Positions 52,412 through 61,733 of a DNA stretch of 64,000 bases are shown here, one piece after another. The first letter of the stretch is position 1, and each line of letters opens with the position of its first letter. The notes beneath the pieces were generated by a model. That model was given only the letters and a program-made list of their open reading frames with translations. It did not search any database and was not told where the DNA came from. Position numbers and translations under genes: made by a program. This DNA comes from an uncultured bacterium (GTDB taxonomy: Bacteria > Hydrogenedentota > Hydrogenedentia > Hydrogenedentales > JAEUWI01): NCBI GenBank assembly GCA_963977445.1, contig CAXBPH010000002.1, positions 15,809 through 79,808 of the forward strand. Reading direction: 5' to 3'.

Positions 52412-53775
52412 CAAGCTATATCACCAAAAAACATCTCGACCGACGAACCTTTCTTCGCGGCCTTGGCGCAACCCTATCGTTGCCTTTGCTGGACGCTATG
52501 GCGCCAGCCCAGGCGGCGGCATCGGTGAGTGCAAGTGTCGCGCCGACCCGTCTCGGTTTCGTCTACGTGCCCAACGGCGTGATTGTTCCTGATTGGACGC
52601 CCTCCGCCGAAGGCAAGGGTTTCGACCTGCCCCACATTCTTGAACCACTGGCATCCGTGCGCGACAATCTTAATGTTGCTTCCGGCCTGTCCCAGTTGAA
52701 CGCCCGTTCCCTGGGGGATGGTGGGGGCGACCATGCCCGCGCCTCTGCCGTTTTTCTGACCGGCGTGCACCCCAATAAGACTGCCGGTGCCGACATTCGT
52801 AGTGGCATTTCCGTGGACCAGATAGCCGCGCGCCACTTGAGTGAGCAGACCCGCTTCCCTTCGCTGGAACTTACCCTGGAATCCGGTAAGCTGGCAGGAA
52901 GCTGCGATTCGGGCTACAGCTGCGCCTACTCCAACAGTATTTCCTGGCGCACCGAAACGTCCCCCAATCCTCCAGAGGGCAGTCCCCGGGCCGTATTCGA
53001 GCGACTCTTTGGCGATAAATACGGTGAGCTCAATGCGGTGGAGCGGGACCGTCGTCGGAGTTACCGGGGTAGCATACTCGATTTTGTTCTGGAAGATACC
53101 CAGAAGCTGCAGCGGCGACTTGGGCCCACCGATCGGCGAAAACTGGATGAATATCTCTACGGAATTCGTCTCGTGGAAAAGCAGATTTCCTGGAACGAAG
53201 GCGAAGCGACCGATGCAGCCGACGGCTTGGAAGTGCCCGAGAGTGCACCCAAAGACTATGCCGAATATGCCCGCCTCATGTTTGACCTGCAGGTCCTGGC
53301 CTATCAGACGGATCAGACCCGTGTGGTCAGCCTGATGATGGCGCTGGAAGGAAGTGGTCGGGCCTATCGCGAGGTGGGCGTAAAGGGCGGGCACCACCAA
53401 TTGAGCCACCATCTCGGAGATGAAGCCAAGATTGCCAACCTCCGCTCCATCAATCGATACCACATGGAACAATTTTCCTATTTTCTCGAAAAGATGAAAA
53501 ACACCGAAGATGGCGACGGATCCTTGCTGGACCATTCCCTTATTATTTACGGTAGCGGTATCAGCGATGGCAACAATCACAGCCACAGCGAATTGCCCAT
53601 ATTGCTGGCAGGCAATGCCGGTGGGCAAGTTGCCACAGGGCGACATATCCGCTACCCCAAAGATACACCCATGTCCAACCTGTTTCTCAATACCCTGGAA
53701 TACGTGGGATGTCCCACCGACACCTTGGGAGACAGCGATGGTCGCCTGGATTATCTGAGCGGCCTCGACGGCTGA
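52408..53775 (+). CDS. DUF1552 domain Tat protein
   Basis: RRTFLRG, LSLPLLDAM, YVPNG, SVDQIAA, GYSCAY, HHQLSHH, GSLLD. Confidence 0.92.
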   Translation: MTSYITKKHLDRRTFLRGLGATLSLPLLDAMAPAQAAASVSASVAPTRLGFVYVPNGVIVPDWTPSAEGKGFDLPHILEPLASVRDNLNVASGLSQLNARSLGDGGGDHARASAVFLTGVHPNKTAGADIRSGISVDQIAARHLSEQTRFPSLELTLESGKLAGSCDSGYSCAYSNSISWRTETSPNPPEGSPRAVFERLFGDKYGELNAVERDRRRSYRGSILDFVLEDTQKLQRRLGPTDRRKLDEYLYGIRLVEKQISWNEGEATDAADGLEVPESAPKDYAEYARLMFDLQVLAYQTDQTRVVSLMMALEGSGRAYREVGVKGGHHQLSHHLGDEAKIANLRSINRYHMEQFSYFLEKMKNTEDGDGSLLDHSLIIYGSGISDGNNHSHSELPILLAGNAGGQVATGRHIRYPKDTPMSNLFLNTLEYVGCPTDTLGDSDGRLDYLSGLDG

Positions 53776-53950
53776 GCCCCTGCGTGCTGACAAGGAAGGT
53801 TGACCGTGGGGGCACGATGTTCATGGCTCGTAACGCGGAGTTCGGTCAAGAAGGCCGTTCGTAGCCCGCGTTCGAGTTTTGCAACGGGCTGTTAGTCTTG
53901 TTTTCCTTCCTATATCCCTTTCCCCAGTCGGAAGACATCCGATTCCAGGC

Positions 53951-54023
53951 ATCCGTGTTATCCGATTTATCCGATTTATCCGTGGTCAATTATATCCGTG
54001 TAAATTGGTGTTCATTCGTGGTT
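53951..54023. repeat. 9-nt-periodic ATCCGTG/ATTCGTG repeats
   Basis: ATCCGTGTT ATCCGATTT ATCCGATTT ATCCGTGGT, then ATCCGTGTAAATTGGTGTTCATTCGTGGTT. Confidence 0.7.
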
Positions 54024-54127
54024 CAAAATATTTGGTTGGGGCCAACGGCTGCTCTATGCCTTCCATGGGGAAAAATTGTTCCAATTCTGCGGGCATACGG
54101 TATAGTACAGGGATAGGAGAATTCCCC

Positions 54128-57100
54128 ATGCAAGTAAAGGCCCTCTTCAGTTTTCGGCGTGTGGCGGCGGGATGTTTCGCCCTTTCTCTGGCCGGAAATG
54201 CCCTCGCGTCACCCGAAGACTTTTTTGAGCAGAAAATACGACCGGTCCTCGTCGAACAATGCTTTGGATGTCACAGTTCCGCTACCGATGCCCTCAAGGC
54301 CGAGTTGCTGTTGGATTCAACGGCAGGCCTGCTCGCCGGTGGAAAATCAGGTCGGCCAGCGGTCGTGCCCGGCGATCCAGCGGCCTCGCCGCTCCTGGAG
54401 GCCATCCGCTACCAGAACGAAGATCTCCAGATGCCGCCCAAGCAGGCCCTCGCGCCCACCGTCGTCGCGGATTTCGAACAGTGGATTCGCGATGGAGCCG
54501 TATTTCCCGAAAGCACCGTGCCCCTGGATCTCATGGCCAACGCCAAGCAACACTGGGCCTTTCATCTGCCGGCACCCCAATCCGTTCCCACGGTTGCCAA
54601 TACAACGTGGCCGAATACAGAAATCGATAACTTTGTGCTTGCGCGCCTGGAGGCCGCCGGTTTACAGCCCGCCCCGGAAGTAGACCGACGCACCTGGATT
54701 CGTCGACTTTCCTTCGACCTGCTTGGACTGCCCCCGACGCCGGAAGAGGTGGCTGCCTTCGTGGCTGACGCGTCCCCCGACGCCTTTGAAAAGGTCGTTG
54801 ACCGCTACCTCGCCTCGCCCCACTACGGCGAACAGTGGGCCCGTCATTGGCTCGATGTGGCGCGCTATGCGGACACCAAGGGCTATGTCTATGGGCGGGA
54901 GGAATTCAACTTTACCCACAGTTATGTCTACCGGGATTGGGTGGTGAAGTCGCTCAATAACGATATGCCCTACGACGAATTTGTGCGCTTGCAGTTGGCC
55001 GCCGACACCCTCACCGACGACACCAATCGGGAGAATCTGGCCGCCATGGGTTTCCTCACCCTCGGCCAGCGTTTTCTAGGGGTCAAGCCCGATATTATCG
55101 ACGACCGCATCGACACCGTTACCCGTGGACTCATGGGACTGACCGTCAGCTGCGCCCGCTGTCACGATCATAAGTTTGACCCCGTGCCTACGGCAGATTA
55201 TTACTCCCTCTATGGCGTCTTTTCGGCCAGTTCCGAACGACTCCTTCCCTTGGATCCAAATTATCGCGAAGTGCCCGAGTACAAGGCCTTCAGCGACGAT
55301 ATTGCCCAACGGGAAGCGGCCCTGAACGATACCTTTGCCACCAAGACCACCGCGTTGGAAATCCGCCTTCGCACCCAGGTCGACCGGTATCTCGCGATCG
55401 TGCCCACGGCAGATTCCCTCCCGACCGACGACTTCTATGAAATTCTGAACGAGGACGATCTGAATCCCACCATTGTACGGCGCTGGGCGGCCTACATTGA
55501 GCAACTGGGGCCAGACCATCCCGTTTTCGGACCCTGGAACCGATTGGCCGCGCTACCGGCAGAGCAGTTCTCCGCAGAGGCACCCGCTCTTCTGGCCGCC
55601 CTCGCTGCCCCAGCGACACCGACCACCGGCGATATCGTGTTGGCAGGGAACAATGCTCTCGACAGCACCTGGGTAAATGGGGCCGTACTGACAGAGCTCA
55701 CCCGCGCCGTTCCCACAAAGTTCGATGAGGTCGCTTCGGGGTACGGGACGCTGTTCAAGAGTGTCAACGATGACTGGTTGGCCCTGGAGGCCACGTCCGG
55801 TGAGAGTGGGATCGATATGCCTATAGCCTTGCCCGATCCCGCCCGTGAAACCATCCGCCAGATTATGATGGCCGACGAATCGCCCATCCGCGTGCCCGAA
55901 GGGGCCATTGTCGATTTGGAGTGGATGTTTGCCGAGCCCACCCGGGTGGAGCTGGCCAAGTTGCAGGCAGAAATAGACCGGGGCATCATCAATGCGGAAG
56001 TGGCACCACCCTTTGCCGTCGTCCTCGCCAACAAGCCCGAGCCCGCCCAGCCCCGCATTTTCCGACGTGGCAGTCCGGCGAGCCCCGGTCCCTTCGTGCC
56101 CCGACAATTTCTCGAATTGCTTAGCGGACCCGACCGCAAACCCTTTGCTGATGGCAGTGGGCGACGTGAAATGGCGGAGGCCATCACCAGTGCGGACAAT
56201 CCGCTCACCGCGCGGGTTTTTGTAAACCGGGTCTGGGATTGGCATTTTGGTGCGGGCCTCGTCACGACACCCAGTGACTTTGGCACCCGTTCCGAGTTGC
56301 CCAGTCATCCCGAACTCCTCGATTGGCTGGCCAACGACTTTGTGGAAAACGGCTGGTCCTTGAAACGGCTCCATCGCCAGATTGTGTTGTCTGCCACCTA
56401 TCGCCAGAGCAGTAACTTGCCCGAAGACGACGCCATACTGAAAGCGTCTCGGGAGATTGACCCGGAAAACCGCCTGCTCTGGCATTTCAATCGATACCGC
56501 CTCAGTTTCGAGACCATGCGGGACGCGCTGCTGTTTGCGTCGGGTGAGCTGGACGGCTCAATCGGTGGTCGCCCCATCGATCTCGTAAGCAGTCCCTATC
56601 CCACGCGCCGCACCTTATATGGTCGCATTGACCGGCGTTTCTTGCCCACCATTTTCCGGGTCTTCGATTTTCCAAGCCCCGACATGCATAGCCCAACGCG
56701 CTTGACGACCACCGTGCCCCAGCAGGCCCTGTTCCTGATGAACAACGACTTCATTCAGACCCAGGCGCGGGCACTGGCCGCACGGGCCATTGAATCGGTG
56801 CCGACCGAGGCCGCCCAACGCATCCAATGGATTTATGAGCATGCCTATCAGCGGGAAGCCACCGAGGCGCAGGTTGCCCAATCCCTGGCCTTCATCGAGC
56901 AGGCCGAAACCATTACGCCGCCCCCGCCGCCCAAAGTTGAGCCTTCCACCTGGTCCTATGGCTATGGAAAAATGAACGTAGCCAGTGGCGTGGTGGAGAA
57001 TTTTACGCCCTTTCCACGCTATGTGAATTCGGCGTACCAAGGCGGGGATTCCTGGCCTGATGATGCGCTCGGTTGGGCTCAACTCACGATTGACGGCGGA

Positions 57101-57547
57101 CACCCGGGCAACACGCTGGACCATGCCGTGGTGCGTCGGTGGACCGCGCCCGAGGGCGGGAAAATCAATATTACGGGGCGGATCATTCACGAGCCCGAAG
57201 CCGGTGATGGCATCATGGCCCGTGTCATCAGCAGCCGGCACGGATTGCTCGGCGCGTGGGCGCTCCATGCCAGCGAAGCCGACGGGAATCTTTTTGGCAT
57301 TGTCGTCGAGCCTGGGGACACCATCGATTTCGAAGTCGACGTCAAAGGTGGTTTGAACAGCGACCAGTTTCTCTGGGCACCTACGGTTACCCGTGAGCCC
57401 GTCGCCGAAGGGGACACCGTAGCCAAGGTGTGGGACGCGAAGAAAGATTATGGCCCCACCGAAAATGTGTTACCGGTCCCCATGACACCTTGGGAAAAAT
57501 ACGCCCAGGTGCTCTTGGCGTCGAACGAGTTTTTGTTTGTAGATTGA
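54128..57547 (+). CDS. PSD1/planctomycete cytochrome c protein (DUF1549 + DUF1553)
   Basis: FFEQKIRPVL..CFGCH; HWAF; RRLSFDLLGLPPT; WARHWLDVARYAD; CARCHDHKFDP; NPLTARVFVNRVW; PSHPELLDWLA; QALFLMN; SNEFLFVD. Confidence 0.95.
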   Translation: MQVKALFSFRRVAAGCFALSLAGNALASPEDFFEQKIRPVLVEQCFGCHSSATDALKAELLLDSTAGLLAGGKSGRPAVVPGDPAASPLLEAIRYQNEDLQMPPKQALAPTVVADFEQWIRDGAVFPESTVPLDLMANAKQHWAFHLPAPQSVPTVANTTWPNTEIDNFVLARLEAAGLQPAPEVDRRTWIRRLSFDLLGLPPTPEEVAAFVADASPDAFEKVVDRYLASPHYGEQWARHWLDVARYADTKGYVYGREEFNFTHSYVYRDWVVKSLNNDMPYDEFVRLQLAADTLTDDTNRENLAAMGFLTLGQRFLGVKPDIIDDRIDTVTRGLMGLTVSCARCHDHKFDPVPTADYYSLYGVFSASSERLLPLDPNYREVPEYKAFSDDIAQREAALNDTFATKTTALEIRLRTQVDRYLAIVPTADSLPTDDFYEILNEDDLNPTIVRRWAAYIEQLGPDHPVFGPWNRLAALPAEQFSAEAPALLAALAAPATPTTGDIVLAGNNALDSTWVNGAVLTELTRAVPTKFDEVASGYGTLFKSVNDDWLALEATSGESGIDMPIALPDPARETIRQIMMADESPIRVPEGAIVDLEWMFAEPTRVELAKLQAEIDRGIINAEVAPPFAVVLANKPEPAQPRIFRRGSPASPGPFVPRQFLELLSGPDRKPFADGSGRREMAEAITSADNPLTARVFVNRVWDWHFGAGLVTTPSDFGTRSELPSHPELLDWLANDFVENGWSLKRLHRQIVLSATYRQSSNLPEDDAILKASREIDPENRLLWHFNRYRLSFETMRDALLFASGELDGSIGGRPIDLVSSPYPTRRTLYGRIDRRFLPTIFRVFDFPSPDMHSPTRLTTTVPQQALFLMNNDFIQTQARALAARAIESVPTEAAQRIQWIYEHAYQREATEAQVAQSLAFIEQAETITPPPPPKVEPSTWSYGYGKMNVASGVVENFTPFPRYVNSAYQGGDSWPDDALGWAQLTIDGGHPGNTLDHAVVRRWTAPEGGKINITGRIIHEPEAGDGIMARVISSRHGLLGAWALHASEADGNLFGIVVEPGDTIDFEVDVKGGLNSDQFLWAPTVTREPVAEGDTVAKVWDAKKDYGPTENVLPVPMTPWEKYAQVLLASNEFLFVD

Positions 57548-59307
57548 TATAGGCGGAGAAGAGGCACCCGTGGAAGCGTTCAAGGGAAAGGTTTTTTAAC
57601 CACAAAGAACGCAAAGAACACAAAAAATAGGAACATATTGTTAATAGATAAATCTCACGTACCACTAACGTCCTTACATGATTTTCAGCGTTAGAAAAGT
57701 CAGAGTTCCAAATTGGACGTCGGTTACGGGTAAGAACGCTTAGTATCCTACCCTTTGTGTTCTCTGCGTTCTTTGTGGTTAAAAAGTAGTTGAAACAGAA
57801 GATGTTGACGTCGAACGGATTTTTGTTTGTAGCCTGGTACTGGGGGAGCAGATGACTCCGTGTAAGTGTACCGTGGAGAAGAGTTTTAACCACAAAGAAC
57901 GCAGAAAACACAGAAGATAGAAGCATAGTGTTGAAAGACAAATTCAATGTGCCATTAACGTGTTGTTATCTGCTTTTTTACCTGAGATATATCAGAGTTC
58001 CAAATTGGACGTCGGTTACGGGTAAGAACGCTTAGTATCCTACCCTTTGTGTTCTCTGCGTTCTTTGTGGTTAAAAAAGTTAGTTAGAATAGAAGATATT
58101 GGCGTATTTGCCCGGACAGCGAGCAACGTGGATCGGCGACTGGGTGATGCCAGTCGATGTGTTTATTTGTTTCAACGACCGATAAAATCTGAGGACAAAA
58201 CAGGCAGCAGGGGAGGTGCGGATAATGGATATGAAAGCGCTTTGTGACCAGGTGCGACAGACGGCTTACGAAGTTCACGCCTATCACGGCCATGGACACC
58301 TGGAGAAGCCTTACGAGAACGCACTGGCCCACCGACTCCGCAAAGCGGGCATGCACGTAGAACAACAGTATCCGATTACGATTTACGATGAGGACGGCAC
58401 GGTCATTGGAGAGTATGTCGTTGATTTGCTTGTAGAGAATGAACTTATTGTCGAGCTCAAGACGGCGAAAAACATCGCGCCGGAGCATACGGCGCAACTG
58501 ATGGGCTATCTCAAGTCAGCCCATAAGAAGCATGGACTCCTGATAAATTTCGGTGCATACCGATTCCAGATAAAGAAATACCTTTGGGATCCCGAGTATA
58601 ACGAAGGCAACTTCAGAGGGCCGGGCATTACGTCAGCCTTTGCGATTGGGCTTGCCCTGCTGGAAGCAATGTTCCACCGCTGATTAGCCGTTGAAGCCAC
58701 CGAAAATACGCTATACTGGTACGCGAGTTTGAAACAGGTGTTGTTAGCGTCGAATTAATTTTTATGTGTAGATTGATACTGGCGGAGAGGCGGGCCCCTT
58801 GGAAGCCGCCAAGAGTAACGATTTTTAACCACAAAGAACGCAAAGAACACAAAGAATAGAAACACTGCGTTGCGAGACCAATACGCTGTAATTTAAAAGT
58901 TCGGTTTACCTATTTTTCAGCCTTAGATATATCAGAATTCGGAATGGAGCGTCGGTTACGGGAAAGAGAGCCTTGTATGTTGCCCTTTGTGTTCTCTGCG
59001 TTCTTTGTGGTTAAAAAGTAGTTGAAACAGAAGCTGTTGGCGGCGAATGGATTTTTGTTTGTAGACGGTTGCTGGCGGAGCAGATGACCCCGTGTAAGTG
59101 CCCCGGGGAGAAGAATTTTAACCACAAAGAACGCAAAGAACACAAAAAATAGGAAGACAGCGTTGAGAAGCCAATACGCTGTAATTTAAAAGTTCGTTTT
59201 TACAAATATTTCAATATGAGAGACATCAGAGTTTCAAATTGGACGTCGGTCTCGGGCAAGAGCGCTTCGTACACTATCCTTTGTGCTCTCTGCGTTCTTT
59301 GTGGTTA
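57496..59307. repeat. Array of four ~292-bp units, each with an inverted pair of TTTAACCACAAAGAACGCAAAGAACACAAA repeats, split by the GxxExxY gene
   Basis: Forward copies at ~57595, 57885, 58824, 59117; reverse copies at ~57754, 58046, 58986, 59280; 57700-57785 identical to 57992-58077. Confidence 0.9.
58225..58683 (+). CDS. GxxExxY protein (PD-(D/E)xK nuclease-like)
   Basis: GHLEKPY = GxxExxY; DLLVE...IVELK; AQLMGYLK; GLLINFG; GGAGG RBS. Confidence 0.93.
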   Translation: MDMKALCDQVRQTAYEVHAYHGHGHLEKPYENALAHRLRKAGMHVEQQYPITIYDEDGTVIGEYVVDLLVENELIVELKTAKNIAPEHTAQLMGYLKSAHKKHGLLINFGAYRFQIKKYLWDPEYNEGNFRGPGITSAFAIGLALLEAMFHR

Positions 59308-59339
59308 CAATATTTACAGTCGAAAACTAAGGAGTGCCC

Positions 59340-60758
59340 ATGTCACACCATAAGCCCAACATAAACGACCATTTCCTTAATCGGAGAGATTTTCTGAGTC
59401 GGGCGGGAATGGGTATGGGTGCCCTTACCCTGGGTACCATGCTTGCCGGAAATCCTGCCTATGGGGCCAGCCCACTGTCGCCCAAATCTTCACACTTTCC
59501 CGGCACGGCGAAGCGCGTCATCCATTTCTTTCTCAATGGCGGCCCCTCGGCGGTAGATACCTTTGACTATAAGCCCGCACTCGCAAAATACGCCGGCCAG
59601 AATCTGCCCATGGACTATCTCCGTACCGAACGCAAGACCGGTGCGGCGTTTCCTTCGCCCTTTGCGTTCAAGCAATACGGGGAGAGTGGCATTCATGTGA
59701 GCGAGCTTTTTGATAAAACGGCAGAACACATAGATGATATCGCCGTCATCCGTTCTCTGAAAGCCAAAGTGCCTAACCACGAGCCCTCTCTCATGCTCAT
59801 GAACAGTGGCGACGCTGTCATGAGTCGGCCCAGTCTCGGCTCCTGGTTAAACTATGGCCTCGGCTCAGAAAATCAGAATCTCCCCGGCTTCGTGGTAATG
59901 TGTCCAAACGGATATCCCGTAAAAGAAGCCGAAAACTGGCGTTCCGGATTTCTGCCCGGTATCTATCAGGGTACCTTTATCGATTCCAAGCATACCGAGA
60001 TCGAAAAGCTCATCGAGAACATCCGCAACAACGTGACCAACAAGACGGAACAACGGCAGCAACTCGACTTGCTCCACGCGATGAACGAAGAGCACGCCGC
60101 GCGGCGCGACAATGATGCGCCCCTGGAAGCCCAAATTCAGTCCTTCGAGCTCGCTTATCGCATGCAGATGGAGGCCGCCGATGCCTTTGATGTCCAACAG
60201 GAGCCCGAATACATTCGCGAAATGTACGGCGAAGGCGTTCACGGTCGTCAAACCCTGATTGCCCGTAGACTCCTGGAGCGGGGCGTGCGCTACGTCCAAC
60301 TCTGGCACGGTGCCGGACAGCCCTGGGACGACCATACCGATATTCAAAATCACGCAAAACTTGCACGAGAAATCGACCAGCCCATCGCGGCCCTCATCAA
60401 AGATTTGAAGCAACGCGGTATGCTCGACGACACCCTCATCATCTGGGGTGGCGAGTTTGGCCGCACGCCCACGGTCGAGCTCAATGCCTCTGGCGTTCCC
60501 ATGAAGGGCCGCGATCACAACCCCTACGGCTTCTCCATGTGGATGGCTGGCGGTGGTATCAAAGGCGGCACCACCTACGGGGCCACCGATGAGTTTGGTT
60601 TCAAGGCCCAGGAAAACGTGCTGGAAGTGCACGACCTCCATGCCACCATATTGCATCTCATGGGCTTCGACCACGAACAATTTACCTACCGCTATGCCGG
60701 TCGGGATTTTCGACTCACCGATGTTCATGGCCACGTAGTGAAAGATATCATCGCGTAA
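59340..60758 (+). CDS. DUF1501 domain Tat protein
   Basis: RRDFL; AKRVIHFFLNGGPS..DTFDYKP; ARRLLERGVRYVQ; WGGEFGRTP; GRDHN; HDLHATILHLMG. Confidence 0.95.
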   Translation: MSHHKPNINDHFLNRRDFLSRAGMGMGALTLGTMLAGNPAYGASPLSPKSSHFPGTAKRVIHFFLNGGPSAVDTFDYKPALAKYAGQNLPMDYLRTERKTGAAFPSPFAFKQYGESGIHVSELFDKTAEHIDDIAVIRSLKAKVPNHEPSLMLMNSGDAVMSRPSLGSWLNYGLGSENQNLPGFVVMCPNGYPVKEAENWRSGFLPGIYQGTFIDSKHTEIEKLIENIRNNVTNKTEQRQQLDLLHAMNEEHAARRDNDAPLEAQIQSFELAYRMQMEAADAFDVQQEPEYIREMYGEGVHGRQTLIARRLLERGVRYVQLWHGAGQPWDDHTDIQNHAKLAREIDQPIAALIKDLKQRGMLDDTLIIWGGEFGRTPTVELNASGVPMKGRDHNPYGFSMWMAGGGIKGGTTYGATDEFGFKAQENVLEVHDLHATILHLMGFDHEQFTYRYAGRDFRLTDVHGHVVKDIIA

Positions 60759-60829
60759 GGTCACCCGACGGTAGCTTGAGCAATGCAGTTCCCGCGTTCA
60801 AGCGCGTTGGTCAGCAGAAAAATCGTTGG

Positions 60830-60876
60830 GGGTGCCACCCTTACACGGAGGAGCGCAGCGGGGGAGTTTAAGGGTG
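60830..60876 (+). repeat. Degenerate REP-like palindrome
   Basis: GGGTGCCACCCTTACAC...GTTTAAGGGTG; same GGGTGCCAC foot as the 39898 element. Confidence 0.45.
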
Positions 60877-61142
60877 TACTGCGGTGCAGCACCGAAGAGT
60901 CTTTTCTGCTTCGTCTATATACGGAGCGGAGACAGGCCTTTTGGGCGTGACCTCAAAGACACTCAGGGGGACCAGCCTCGCCGGTTGCGTGCCCCTTGTT
61001 GTCAAACGTGGGATGCAGTCCCCGGCATTCCATTTCTGGTAAAATGGCATTTCAAATTGCCGAAGCAAAAACCTACACACGCTTCTTGTCAGCGGTCGGG
61101 GCCGTACAGGATGGTCCTCGCGGACGGGGAAAACAGGAACCT

Positions 61143-61733
61143 ATGAACGCAGAAACATGCACCCAGATTCTGACGGCCATTGATGCCGCAAACAGCGCCG
61201 ACCCCAATCAGGAAGTCTGGGAAGGCGAGGCGTATCCCCGTGAGTTACTCTACGGACAGCGCATGAGTCAGTGGCTTCACCGCTTGCGCCCCGATGCCGA
61301 CGCGGCCCTCCAGATTGGCGCGCGGGCCCAGCATATCTGTCGCTGGGAGCACCCCCGGGATACTTACCCCATGGACCGCAAAGGATATCTCACCTGGCGG
61401 CGGGGACTTTACACCTTTCATGCGGAGCGGGTCGGCGAAATCATTCGGGAACATGGCGAGAGTGACGACGTGGTCGAGCGGGTGTCCTTCCTGCTTCACA
61501 AGAAAAAATTGCACGATGATGCCGATACCCAGGCCCTCGAAGATGCGGCCTGCCTCGTGTTCCTGGAATTTCACATCGCTGACTTTGCAGCAAAGACCGA
61601 ACACGAAAAAATGGTCAACATCGTTAAGAAAACCTGGGGCAAAATGTCCGACACGGGACACGAGCACGCCCTGAAACTCTCGTACCCGGAGCCGGTGCAG
61701 GCGGTGCTCGTGGAAGCCCTCGGCAATGGCTGA
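61143..61733 (+). CDS. DUF4202 domain protein
   Basis: AIDAANSADP, ELLYGQRM, ARAQHICRW..PR..YP..RKGYL.WR, QALEDAACLVFLE, KTWGKMS. Confidence 0.88.
   Translation: MNAETCTQILTAIDAANSADPNQEVWEGEAYPRELLYGQRMSQWLHRLRPDADAALQIGARAQHICRWEHPRDTYPMDRKGYLTWRRGLYTFHAERVGEIIREHGESDDVVERVSFLLHKKKLHDDADTQALEDAACLVFLEFHIADFAAKTEHEKMVNIVKKTWGKMSDTGHEHALKLSYPEPVQAVLVEALGNG

Noticed and set aside
53874..53895. Possible IS terminal repeat (GAGTTTTGCAACGGGCTGTTAG)
   Set aside because: Resembles IS ends only loosely; no partner end or transposase found in the window.
53879..54127. N-terminal extension of the PSD1 ORF (IRVIRFIRFIRG)
   Set aside because: Read-through of the 9-nt repeats; the real start is more likely ATG 54128 after an AGGAG RBS, giving a signal peptide.
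57387..59143. ORFs such as 57387-57947(-), 58047-58247(+), 58628-58852(-), 58910-59143(-)
   Set aside because: They are translations of the repeat array (SLRSLWLK / TTKNAENTK) with no sign of being real genes.
57590..59307. CRISPR array
   Set aside because: Repeats alternate in orientation, the intervening segments are 100-130 bp and homologous to each other, and no cas genes are present.
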